Below, piece after piece: positions 17,203 to 25,699 of a stretch of 61,413 bases of DNA; position 1 is the first letter of the stretch, and every line of letters begins with the position of its first letter. The position numbers and the translations under genes were made by a program. Source of the stretch: a virus (taxonomy: Duplodnaviria > Caudoviricetes). The notes under the pieces were generated by a model, which was not told the DNA's origin, did not search any database, and saw only the letters and a list, made by a program, of their open reading frames with translations. Location: IMG/VR virus record IMGVR_UViG_3300005764_000019, positions 1 through 61,413 of that record; one strand, given 5' to 3'.

Positions 17203-17514
17203 ATGCCGAAGATTCTGCCCGCCCGCTTCGTGCGGGACCACTTCCACTCGTGCAAAGCCTGCCACTCCACAACGCGGAAACTTTGCCGCCTGTGCCAGAA
17301 GTGTGACCAACATTGCAAGTGCGAAGAAATGCCCGATACCTTCGACCGCCGACTGCGGGTCGCCTTCGAGGAACTGTACACCAGCATCCATAAACTGGCC
17401 ATCGAGTCCGCCGCCGGTGGCCCCATCACCGAGGGGGACGTTTATGAAGCCCTCACCAAGACCAACTTCGAGGCCATCATGAGTCGGAAGTTCAAGCCGC
17501 CCAAGGAGGACTAA
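17203..17514 (+). CDS. Cys-rich hypothetical protein
   Basis: AAGGAGG SD; CxxC...CxxCxxCxxHCxC. Confidence 0.75.
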   Translation: MPKILPARFVRDHFHSCKACHSTTRKLCRLCQKCDQHCKCEEMPDTFDRRLRVAFEELYTSIHKLAIESAAGGPITEGDVYEALTKTNFEAIMSRKFKPPKED

Positions 17515-17708
17515 CGCCGGGTCTTGTCCTCGTCCATGCCGTTGAGCCACTTGCTGCTGTTGGCCCCGAAGTCGTACTCCGTCCAGTGGGCCTCGGCGGG
17601 ATTGTCTTCGAGCGCCTTCTTCTCGTGGCGGCGGCGTTTTTTGTTGCCGGCCTTCTTAATTTTGCGCTTGAGGTCGCGGTAAAAACGTTTGTCATCGGCT
17701 CCGGGCAT
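17511..17708 (-). CDS. small basic protein (65 aa)
   Basis: AAGGAG SD; operonic packing. Confidence 0.7.
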   Translation of the reverse strand: MPGADDKRFYRDLKRKIKKAGNKKRRRHEKKALEDNPAEAHWTEYDFGANSSKWLNGMDEDKTRR

Positions 17709-18168
17709 GGCACTCCTTTACATAAAAGTGGGGGACGTGGTAGGTGCCGAACACCCGGTCCCACCAACAGGTCACCACCCCGTAGTTATTCTTGCCCTTG
17801 TGAAAACGGTGGTGCAGGTAGTGGATCGGGTACTTCATCCAGAACACCCTGCGGGGATGATGGTGCTGGACCATGTGCGCCAGACTCATGACAAACGCAT
17901 ACACCAGCCCGCCCACGGCCCACCCCAGGAAGAACCACCAGCCGCCCAAGTACCCCAGCAAGATCAGAGGCAACGCCATCGGCGGGTAGTAAAAGCAGGC
18001 GTCCCACAGCCAGTCCTTGGCGTGGTTGGCCTTGTGGTGTTCCCAATGCCGCTCGTAAAAGAAGCCCCACTCGTGCATCGCCCGGTGCGCCCAATATTCG
18101 ACCAGGGTGCCCAGAAACAACGCCGCCCCGAACGCCCCCAGGCAGGTCAGGATCGCTTCCATGCCCAT
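17692..18168 (-). CDS. fatty acid hydroxylase/sterol desaturase family membrane protein
   Basis: His boxes HRAMH, HWEHH, HMVQH, HYLHH; NYG...WDRVFGT. Confidence 0.85.
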   Translation of the reverse strand: MGMEAILTCLGAFGAALFLGTLVEYWAHRAMHEWGFFYERHWEHHKANHAKDWLWDACFYYPPMALPLILLGYLGGWWFFLGWAVGGLVYAFVMSLAHMVQHHHPRRVFWMKYPIHYLHHRFHKGKNNYGVVTCWWDRVFGTYHVPHFYVKECHARSR

Positions 18169-18365
18169 AGTACGAAACCCACGTTCCACAGGACCACCGC
18201 CAGTATCCACAGCAAGGCCCACGGGTACGGCGTGATTCCCGTTAAGTTACAGATCAACTGCGCCACGATAATCAGCAACGTGCCGCCCACCTGCACCCAC
18301 AATAGCCGCCCGGCCAACCGACGCTTGCGCTCGTAGTCCTCCTGCCACCACTCGTTAAACTTCAT
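18147..18365 (-). CDS. small two-TM membrane protein
   Basis: Two hydrophobic segments; operonic packing. Confidence 0.6.
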   Translation of the reverse strand: MKFNEWWQEDYERKRRLAGRLLWVQVGGTLLIIVAQLICNLTGITPYPWALLWILAVVLWNVGFVLWAWKRS

Positions 18366-18807
18366 CGCTCTCCATGTACCGAAAAATGTCGTTCAAAGGT
18401 TTGCACAAAAACTGCGGCGTGTGCGGCAACGCATACTGGTCCCACATCGCCTGGGCCACCCAGCCCATCCCCTGGTAAAGCGGCAGCCCCCGTGCCGCCA
18501 AGGCCACCAACGCCAACGTCGGCCCCCGCCCCAACCCGGCGGCGCAGTGGATCAGCATGTCCTCCTTGCCCGCCGCAAAGTCCCAGATGGCGTCCAAGAC
18601 CTCCACGGATATAGGCGTCCCCTCCAGGTACTCCAAATACATATCCCCCGGACGCCGCTTGTCACAGGAACGGCAGTGCCCGTGCTGGTCCGCATGATAA
18701 ACGTGCAAGACCTTCTCGAAGTTCGCCGCGTGACGGTCGCAGGCGTCAAAGTTGCCGACGCTGACGCCCCGCCCCACCAGCGCGATCTGCGTGTCCCGCC
18801 TCACCAC
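18355..18807 (-). CDS. dual-specificity/tyrosine phosphatase-like protein
   Basis: LIHCAAGLGRG (CX5R); GGAGG SD before the GTG at 18807. Confidence 0.8.
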   Translation of the reverse strand: MVRRDTQIALVGRGVSVGNFDACDRHAANFEKVLHVYHADQHGHCRSCDKRRPGDMYLEYLEGTPISVEVLDAIWDFAAGKEDMLIHCAAGLGRGPTLALVALAARGLPLYQGMGWVAQAMWDQYALPHTPQFLCKPLNDIFRYMESDEV

Positions 18808-19079
18808 CGTCCCTCCAACATCTCGCGGCTCACCACCAGCACGTCGCCGCAGCCGCACTTGATCTCGTAACTCACGAACATGGCGTCAAAATACTCCCAC
18901 TCCCCCTCCACCAACTCGCCGGGGTTGTGGCCGGCGTGGTGCGGGAAGTGCGTCTCGATCATCCGCCGGGCCTCGGCCTGCCACCGCGCGTCCTCCTCCT
19001 CGATCTTCGCCATCACGCCCCTGGCGAAATCGGGACTGCGCACGATCTCCTTCAGCCGCTCCACGTCATCGCGCATCAC
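18801..19079 (-). CDS. hypothetical protein
   Basis: Operonic ORF. Confidence 0.65.
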   Translation of the reverse strand: MMRDDVERLKEIVRSPDFARGVMAKIEEEDARWQAEARRMIETHFPHHAGHNPGELVEGEWEYFDAMFVSYEIKCGCGDVLVVSREMLEGRW

Positions 19080-19326
19080 TCGGCACCTTTATCGGGGGTA
19101 TCACACCTTTGCCACGCACCAGCGCGTTCTCCATGCCGCACCGCGAACACTCGAAATAACGCAAGGCACTCGACAGCCGGTTTTTGTGCCGGCACAACCA
19201 GCACGCCGCGTCCGTGTCCGCCAAAACGCTGTGGTTCACCCAGCGTACCACCCGGTCGCGGAAGTAAAACATCACGCAGGCCAGACCCAACAGCGCCAAC
19301 TTCACCCACGGGTGCAAGCCTTCCAT
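19066..19326 (-). CDS. membrane-anchored zinc-ribbon protein
   Basis: N-terminal TM segment; two CxxC. Confidence 0.6.
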   Translation of the reverse strand: MEGLHPWVKLALLGLACVMFYFRDRVVRWVNHSVLADTDAACWLCRHKNRLSSALRYFECSRCGMENALVRGKGVIPPIKVPSDAR

Positions 19327-19327
19327 A

Positions 19328-19513
19328 TTATAGCCGCTCCACTTCCTTGATCTGCGGCAACCGTTCGAGATGGTCCGCCCGCTCGACGCTGCCGTAATAT
19401 TCCTTCTTCCGAGGGTCGTAAAGCACGACGCTCACCCCCAGGTGACCAAGCCACCGCAGGGTGAGCGCCGGGTTTTGCTGCCTGCCGTTGAGGGTGATTT
19501 TCACGGTTTCCAT
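19328..19513 (-). CDS. hypothetical protein (61 aa)
   Basis: Operonic ORF. Confidence 0.55.
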   Translation of the reverse strand: METVKITLNGRQQNPALTLRWLGHLGVSVVLYDPRKKEYYGSVERADHLERLPQIKEVERL

Positions 19514-19641
19514 CTTTGGAATGTTTTCCCGTCACCCCGGAAACTTTTCACCGCGCCGTCCTGCTGGGCACAGGATATGTGTCACCTGGGGCGACCAGCC
19601 CCACTCGTCCCAGACTCTTCCACGCCGTCCCTTTCGGGATA

Positions 19642-19998
19642 TTATCCCCCCTTGATATACTGCTGATTGGTCGAGGTCACCGCCTGCTTCCATCCCCAAT
19701 CGTCCATCACATATTGACTGAATTCGGTGGGGTTCAGTTCGATCTCCGTCTCCGTCGTCAGTTCCAGCATCTTGAGAATGCGGTCATATTCCCGCGTCAT
19801 GTCCATCGGCTCGACCAACTGCACCGCCCGGCGATAGCGTTTGCCGGCGCGGGCCTCGGCCAGCATCATCTCCAGTTCCTTGGTGATGTCTTCCCGATAA
19901 CCCTCCTGGGCCTTCAGAAATAACTGGCGGTGTTCGTCGCGGTTCTTCTTGATGATCTTCGCCAGTTCCTTCACCGGGAACTTCATGGTCTGCGGCAT
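19642..19998 (-). CDS. hypothetical helical phage protein
   Basis: AAGGAG SD; typical codon usage. Confidence 0.8.
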   Translation of the reverse strand: MPQTMKFPVKELAKIIKKNRDEHRQLFLKAQEGYREDITKELEMMLAEARAGKRYRRAVQLVEPMDMTREYDRILKMLELTTETEIELNPTEFSQYVMDDWGWKQAVTSTNQQYIKGG

Positions 19999-20001
19999 CG
20001 T

Positions 20002-20202
20002 TCACTCCTTGTCCAACAGGACGATCAGTTCTTCCAACTCCTCCGGCGTCATCCCGAATAAGGGATTATGCTCCCCCAGAGGGTGGCCGGCGATCTTGCA
20101 CGCCTCCATGACCACCCCCAATGTCGTGTTCTCCGAGCGGCGGATGTTCGCCACCAGGAAGGCCACGGAAAGCTTCAAAAGCAACTTCTGGCGTTCGGTC
20201 AC
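20002..20202 (-). CDS. hypothetical protein
   Basis: GTGA overlap with the neighbouring gene. Confidence 0.6.
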   Translation of the reverse strand: MTERQKLLLKLSVAFLVANIRRSENTTLGVVMEACKIAGHPLGEHNPLFGMTPEELEELIVLLDKE

Positions 20203-20561
20203 TTGACTTTCTCCAAGAACACCGTGTAGTCGTCCGTCTTCCAGGTCATCGTCTTGCCCTGGAGGGACGTGCGGAACTGTCCGACCACGCGGCCTTCCTT
20301 GACCAGTTGCAGGACGGAGGGTCGGCTCGACGTGTCCAGGCGCAGTTCCACGTCGTAGGACTTGCCGTCCTTCTCGGTGGACGCCTGCCAGGTTTCCCCG
20401 ACCTTCTTGATTTCAAAGGTTTCCTTGCCTTCTTCCTTCTGGTCCTCGCTCTGGATCGACGTGACCTTCCAGGTGCCTTCGATGTCCGCAAGGTTCTGCA
20501 CCCCAGGCTCGTTCTGGCCGCAGCCCGCGATCAGGAGCAGGAGCGGGAGCAGTTTCTTCAT
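20199..20561 (-). CDS. lipoprotein, lipocalin/TIGR03067-like domain
   Basis: MKKLLPLLLLIAG-C lipobox; IEGTWKVTS...LDTSSRP. Confidence 0.7.
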   Translation of the reverse strand: MKKLLPLLLLIAGCGQNEPGVQNLADIEGTWKVTSIQSEDQKEEGKETFEIKKVGETWQASTEKDGKSYDVELRLDTSSRPSVLQLVKEGRVVGQFRTSLQGKTMTWKTDDYTVFLEKVK

Positions 20562-20609
20562 GGTGGACTCCCAGGAGGATTGTAGGGAACGGGGGCAGGT
20601 TTTGTAAAC

Positions 20610-20933
20610 CTACTTGCGTTTCAGCCGGCTGGCGTCGATCTCCACCAGTTTCCACTGGCCCCAGCGCTGCCGGTAGGTCAGGGTGGCGACCCCACCCATG
20701 TCGCGGCTCGGTCAGCACAGGTGGCAGTCCAACTCGACGGTTACCTCCATCCGCCGGCCCTTGGGCGTGAAGCCCTTGAGGACGACCTTGGTGGACTCGC
20801 CCTTGCCCTCGGCAAAGGTCCAGTCCTTGCCCTGGACCTGCACGGTCTGCCCGATCAGGTCGGCCTGGAGGGTGTCGGCGCTGAAGGTGTCGGCGGCGAA
20901 ACACAACGAAATTAAAAGGGGTAGCATCGGCAT
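20610..20933 (-). pseudogene. secreted protein with an in-frame TGA (pseudogene or readthrough)
   Basis: Signal peptide; after the TGA at 20712-20714 the frame stays open for 33 plausible codons to the TAG at 20610. Confidence 0.5.
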
Positions 20934-20955
20934 CCTTGCATAATAAAAGGGTGGA

Positions 20956-21192
20956 TCAAGGGGCAGCATCCTCGATCTGCGGAAGCTGCGTTAACACTCC
21001 TTCCAGCAGGAGGCGAACGTGAGCGATGTCCAGGGTTTCCGTGTTAAACCGCAGTTCAAACCGGCGGTGGTGCGTGGTGATCGGGGGCCTGGCCTCGTCC
21101 ACCGATGCGATCACCACGCCCACCCATGTTCCACGCCTCGTCAGTTCTTCGACCAGTTCCGAGGACGTGTAGACTTCCAGTCCACTGTTCAC
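20956..21192 (-). CDS. hypothetical protein
   Basis: AGGAGGG SD, GTG start. Confidence 0.7.
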   Translation of the reverse strand: MNSGLEVYTSSELVEELTRRGTWVGVVIASVDEARPPITTHHRRFELRFNTETLDIAHVRLLLEGVLTQLPQIEDAAP

Positions 21193-21223
21193 GGTTCCCT
21201 CCTGTTGCCGCCATTCTAGTGTT

Positions 21224-21850
21224 TTATTTGGCCCCTGCCAAGCCGAATTTGTGCGTCAAACCAACCTCGACGCGGTACTCCGGCACCCCGATGTGCGAGC
21301 AGAGGCCGTGTTTCTTGGCCTCCTTGGCGGTCAGATACCATTCGGCGTGGCCCTTCTCGTGGATGATATTCAGAAAATAGTCTTCCTGTTTGTCCAGGTG
21401 CTTGGCCAGTTTGGCGAAGATCAATTTATGCAGCCGCTCGGTTTCCTTGGCGTCGGCCTTGATCTCCTCGATCTTGCCCCAATGCCCGGCGGACACGTCA
21501 TGGATCATAAGGGTGGCGCTCTCGGCCATATAGCGGTGGCCGTGCCAACCGAACCCGAACAGCATCGCCCCGGCGCTCATGGCCTTGCCTTCCACGATGG
21601 TGGCCACGGGGATGCGTGAGTTTTGAATTTGAGAAACAATATCAAGGAGGGAATAGACTTCACCGCCGAACGAGTCCAGCACCACCGGGATGACGGTCTG
21701 GCCGGTTTCATGGGCCTTAGCCATCTCGGTGGCGAACTTCTCGGCCATTTCCTCGTTGAAGTTTTTGTTGACCCGGATTACCACGGGGTCGTCAATCAGG
21801 TCCGCCCGTTTCGCCTTGATGCCCGGATCGACCACTAGGTATCTGTGCAT
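21224..21850 (-). CDS. clpP: ClpP-type protease (peptidase S14)
   Basis: LDSFGGEV, GKAMSAG (catalytic Ser), LMIHD, WYLTAKEAKKHGL. Confidence 0.85.
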   Translation of the reverse strand: MHRYLVVDPGIKAKRADLIDDPVVIRVNKNFNEEMAEKFATEMAKAHETGQTVIPVVLDSFGGEVYSLLDIVSQIQNSRIPVATIVEGKAMSAGAMLFGFGWHGHRYMAESATLMIHDVSAGHWGKIEEIKADAKETERLHKLIFAKLAKHLDKQEDYFLNIIHEKGHAEWYLTAKEAKKHGLCSHIGVPEYRVEVGLTHKFGLAGAK

Positions 21851-22067
21851 TGTTGACCTCTAAATCTTGCAGCAGGTAGCGGCGGGCCGAGGCCAACAGG
21901 TCCAGCAGCCCTTGGAACAGGTCGAAGTCCTCCCTGCTGGAACGCCCGTCGCGCTCGCGGGTGACACTCTGGATGAGCCAGTCCAGGGTCGATATATCTC
22001 GGATGATATATGTTTTGTCCCCGCATTCCAGCCGCACCAATCCCGCCGCGTACTCGCAACCAACCAT
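21792..22067 (-). CDS. hypothetical protein
   Basis: AGAGGA SD; overlaps the clpP start. Confidence 0.55.
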   Translation of the reverse strand: MVGCEYAAGLVRLECGDKTYIIRDISTLDWLIQSVTRERDGRSSREDFDLFQGLLDLLASARRYLLQDLEVNNAQIPSGRSGHQGETGGPD

Positions 22068-22081
22068 CAGTCCTCTTTATA

Positions 22082-22735
22082 TTACAGCATGTCCTCCGTC
22101 GATTGCAAGACCTCGCAACCCTGGCCGATGCACAAAACTTTATCGTCGTGAATCAGCGTGAAACTGCCGGTGGGAACCTGGCGGTTTTCAAAATGCAGAC
22201 TTTCGCCGGTGGCGAGGTAAGCTGCGTGCAAGATGAAGTCGCAGTGGGTCAGCAGGAGGGATTTGGCCGGGAGCCTGTCAAGGACGTGGGCGATGCGGTG
22301 GCGGAAGTGGGTCAACGACTCGCCGTCGTCCCACTCGCGGATGTCCTCGTTGACGGCGAAGTGCAGGTGGGTCACCGCCGACAGGATCGCCGCCGACTGC
22401 CGGCACCGGCGCAAGGGACTGGTGAAGGCGATATAGCCTTTGAAATCCAAGCCCTCCAGATGGTGAGCCACGTCCCAGAGGCAATGTTCGCCTTCCTCGT
22501 TCATCGGCGGGTCGGAACCGTCGTTCGCATAATCGCCGTGGCGTATCAGGACCAGCCGCTTGAGGTAGAACCCCGGCGTCTGTGTATCCTCGAAAAACCG
22601 CCCGGTGTCCGGGTCGAGGAAGCCGCTTTTGACTTCTTCTTCCTGTTCCTGGTGGGAGAGCTTTCCGAAAGCTTCGCCGTGGTTCCGGCCAGTCACACAA
22701 CGTCCGTGCGTGTAGAGTGCCGCTATAAAGCTCAT
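22082..22735 (-). CDS. histidine phosphatase (phosphoglycerate mutase family)
   Basis: LIRHG, TSPLRRCRQSA, LLTH. Confidence 0.85.
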   Translation of the reverse strand: MSFIAALYTHGRCVTGRNHGEAFGKLSHQEQEEEVKSGFLDPDTGRFFEDTQTPGFYLKRLVLIRHGDYANDGSDPPMNEEGEHCLWDVAHHLEGLDFKGYIAFTSPLRRCRQSAAILSAVTHLHFAVNEDIREWDDGESLTHFRHRIAHVLDRLPAKSLLLTHCDFILHAAYLATGESLHFENRQVPTGSFTLIHDDKVLCIGQGCEVLQSTEDML

Positions 22736-22799
22736 CGCTTCCCTCCGTGGGTATTTACATAATAGCCCCGGAAATTCTCGCTGTCTAGCTAAATAGGCT

Positions 22800-23306
22800 A
22801 TGGGTTACTTCAATGAGTACGTTAACAAACGGGATGCCAACGAGCGGGTGCCCAGTCCCTCCACCCCGACCGGCATGTTCCGCCGCTACGCCGAAGCCCG
22901 CGACAATAACGAGGCCCTGGATGAAGGATGGTGGGGCGATATGTGGGGCAAGGTGAGAGGCTGGTTTGGCGGCAACAAACAACAGGGGCAGCAGGGTGCC
23001 CAGCCCGGCGTACAACCCGGAGCGGCGGGGGCGCAGCAGCAACAGGCCGGGGCACCACAGCAGCAGCAGGGTGGCGGCGGTTTATTTGGCGGCTTGAAGG
23101 CCGGATTGAGCCAAGGTCTGTGGGGTTCGCCGCAGCAGCAACAGCAGGGAAAGGGCGGTCTATTTGGGGGTTTGAAGGCCGGATTGAGCCAAGGTCTATG
23201 GGGTTCGCCGCAGCAGCAACAGCAGGGAAAGGGCGGTCTGTTTAGCGGCCTGAAGGCGGGATTGAGTCAAGGTCTGTGGGGCAAGAAGCTGGGTCAGGCC
23301 AAGTAA
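22800..23306 (+). CDS. Gln/Gly-rich protein with 26-aa repeats, putative head-internal protein
   Basis: TAAATA box; 3 x GGLFxGLKAGLSQGLWG. Confidence 0.8.
   Translation: MGYFNEYVNKRDANERVPSPSTPTGMFRRYAEARDNNEALDEGWWGDMWGKVRGWFGGNKQQGQQGAQPGVQPGAAGAQQQQAGAPQQQQGGGGLFGGLKAGLSQGLWGSPQQQQQGKGGLFGGLKAGLSQGLWGSPQQQQQGKGGLFSGLKAGLSQGLWGKKLGQAK
23076..23282 (+). repeat. 78-bp coding tandem repeat (~2.7 copies)
   Basis: Units start at 23076, 23154 and 23232. Confidence 0.9.
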
Positions 23307-24145
23307 CTTTCCACGATCTGTTTCATAAAAAGGGCCGAGGTCGTGGGCGTTTCTTGCATCAAGGTGGCGAAGGGCGAGCGACCGGCGGCGAGATAGTTTG
23401 GCGGCTCGAACTTGAAAAGGGCCTTGGTGAAAACGGGCGGTTGGCCGTTTGCGTAGTGGATGAAGTTGTGGTAGGCTTCGTGGTCGAGCAGCGACATTTC
23501 GTAAGTGTGACTCCCCTTATAAGGCAAATATTTGATGTAATCTAACATCGCCAGCACCCAGCCGGCCCGTTCCAGGTAACGCCAAAATGATTGCAAATCC
23601 GGGTGGGCCTTGTAGTGGTCGAAGGCCAGCATTTCGGCCCAGGACACGACACGGCCAAAGAACTCATCGGGCATCCCATTAAAAGTGTAGACGCTGCCGA
23701 TGGGGAACCACAGGTCATCCCTGCCGGTGCCCATTTCAATGTATTCCCGAATCTTGGGGGCGTGCTGCTCCACGAAGTCCAGGTTGAAGGACGGTTTGAG
23801 TTGGAAGGCCATCGCCTCCGGCTCGACCTCCATTGGCCAGTACATCACCATGTCCGGCTCGATGACGGTGAACGGCTGCTTGATTTCCTTCTTGTTGACC
23901 GCCGTGGCGACTGCATACGGCTTGTTAAGATGGGGGTAGCCCCGCTTCCGGCCCATGTTGTCGTGAGCCAGAAACCGGGTGTGCTTGGACAGGTTCTTGG
24001 TAAAATTGGGTTCGGCAGGGGTCTTGCTGGCAGCGACAGCAATCAAAAGGCGGTCTTGAAGACCATGCTTTTTGAAACTCTCGATCAGCAGTTCCAATTG
24101 CCAGTGGTAATAAGGCGTGTCCTCTGCCGAAACAATATAATCCAT
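23294..24145 (-). CDS. glycosyltransferase resembling plant HPAT/SERGT (GT95/GT96-like)
   Basis: YYHWQLELLIESF, YPHLNKPYAV, IEPDM, FIHY. Confidence 0.6.
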   Translation of the reverse strand: MDYIVSAEDTPYYHWQLELLIESFKKHGLQDRLLIAVAASKTPAEPNFTKNLSKHTRFLAHDNMGRKRGYPHLNKPYAVATAVNKKEIKQPFTVIEPDMVMYWPMEVEPEAMAFQLKPSFNLDFVEQHAPKIREYIEMGTGRDDLWFPIGSVYTFNGMPDEFFGRVVSWAEMLAFDHYKAHPDLQSFWRYLERAGWVLAMLDYIKYLPYKGSHTYEMSLLDHEAYHNFIHYANGQPPVFTKALFKFEPPNYLAAGRSPFATLMQETPTTSALFMKQIVESYLA

Positions 24146-24154
24146 GTTCCTCCA

Positions 24155-24769
24155 TCACAGTATCAAATCGGGGTCTGGCGGGGTCGTCTCACTGAAGACC
24201 TTGATGGCCAGCACGATCCGCTCGTAGATTTCCTGGGGGTTGTCTTTGCCTTTGCACAGTTCGCGGATGCGCTCGACAATGTTAGCATAGTGCGCCTCCA
24301 ACCGTTTCTGCTGTGCCTCGTCCTTGGGCGCGGTCTTGCCCAGCAGGCACAGCAGTTCCTCGCGGACGGTTTCCAGGGCGCAGCCGCACTCGACAAGCAC
24401 CTGGGCACCGATGCCGTCTTTCTCGCGGAGCAAGCCGAGGAGTAGGTGTTCGGTCCCCAGGTAGTTATGGCCGAAGTTGCGAGCCTCCTCGATGGCGTAC
24501 TCGATGACCTTCTTGCACCGTGGAGTCTGGGGTAACTTGCCCATCGTTACCGAATCGGGGCCGGGCTGGACGATCTTCTTGACCAGTTCCTCGGCTTTAT
24601 AGAGCGAAACATCCAAGTTGCGCAGCACGTTGGAGGCGACCCCGGAGCCTTCTTTGATGAGGCCCATGAGGACGTGTTCGGTGCCGATATATTCGTGATT
24701 GAGGCGCTGGGCCTCCTGGTTGGCCAACTGCATGACCTTGCGGGCGCGGTCGGTAAAACGTTCGTACAT
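24155..24769 (-). CDS. stand-alone ClpC N-terminal (Clp_N) domain protein
   Basis: MYERFTDRARKVMQLANQEAQR..HEYIGTEH and a second NYLGTEHLLLGLL; no AAA+ domain. Confidence 0.9.
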   Translation of the reverse strand: MYERFTDRARKVMQLANQEAQRLNHEYIGTEHVLMGLIKEGSGVASNVLRNLDVSLYKAEELVKKIVQPGPDSVTMGKLPQTPRCKKVIEYAIEEARNFGHNYLGTEHLLLGLLREKDGIGAQVLVECGCALETVREELLCLLGKTAPKDEAQQKRLEAHYANIVERIRELCKGKDNPQEIYERIVLAIKVFSETTPPDPDLIL

Positions 24770-24783
24770 AATTGGTCCTTTCG

Positions 24784-25203
24784 TTAATGCTGCTTCTTGG
24801 GCTTCTTGGGCTTCTTGATCCAGGGTTTCCACTCCCCGGCGAATATCATCTCGATATGGACACGCCGCCTGACGTTCTTCGCGCACTCCTCATCCGTCTT
24901 GCCGTAGGCGAACATGGCGAAGTGTCCTTCCCGGAGGCACGGCACCGTGGGGAAGGGCGTGGCCGGCATGGGGAACTTCTTCAAGTCCTCGATCCAGGTG
25001 TCGCTGACGCGGCAGACCAGGCATAAATCCACGACCTCGTACTGGTCCACGTCGCCATATTCCAGACGGAGGTTGACCAGAGGGTTTTCGCTGATCGGAA
25101 GGGATTTCTCGCTCCGCAGCTTCTCCAGGTCTTGGTCATTGAGGCCGAAGACGTAGACCTTCTGGTGGATGTTGGGACGCAACTTGAAGCTAATCATCGT
25201 CAA
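24784..25203 (-). CDS. hypothetical protein
   Basis: Operonic ORF. Confidence 0.7.
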   Translation of the reverse strand: MTMISFKLRPNIHQKVYVFGLNDQDLEKLRSEKSLPISENPLVNLRLEYGDVDQYEVVDLCLVCRVSDTWIEDLKKFPMPATPFPTVPCLREGHFAMFAYGKTDEECAKNVRRRVHIEMIFAGEWKPWIKKPKKPKKQH

Positions 25204-25696
25204 AGCCCTCGATCTTTTCGTCGGCTTGCGCCAGGTTTTTCCTCCATGCCTCCAGGTTATCGCGTTCCGGGCAGTCGGGCACGCACGCCTCGACCTCCGC
25301 GATCCGTTCCATCGTGTCCCGTTTGTACTTTTCCCGGCCCTTCTTGCCGCGCATCTCCTCGATAATTTCCTTGATGTCCCGCCCGTCTTCGGGCCTGAAA
25401 TCCCGCCGCAACTGGCCCAGGTGGTTCTTCCAGCAGGGGCGGCAGACGTAGGTGGGCCGGTTCATGAACTCCAGGGTCTTCCGTTTCATCTCCGGGTCGG
25501 CCTGGCACATCTCGTAGAGGCTTTTTTCACAGGTAAGTTCCAAGTCGGCCTCGGTGTGGGGGCGGCGTTCCTCCAGTTCCAGAGGTTGGCCGCAGTGCCA
25601 GCACCCTTCCCCGGTGTCGTACTCCTCCTGCGAGTAATGGAATTTATGGGCGAGGATTTCGCGGGCGTGCTTGCAGTCGGCGGCGGGTTTCTTCAT
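25190..25696 (-). CDS. hypothetical protein with two CxxC
   Basis: GAGG SD; operonic. Confidence 0.7.
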   Translation of the reverse strand: MKKPAADCKHAREILAHKFHYSQEEYDTGEGCWHCGQPLELEERRPHTEADLELTCEKSLYEMCQADPEMKRKTLEFMNRPTYVCRPCWKNHLGQLRRDFRPEDGRDIKEIIEEMRGKKGREKYKRDTMERIAEVEACVPDCPERDNLEAWRKNLAQADEKIEGFDDD

Positions 25697-25699
25697 AGG

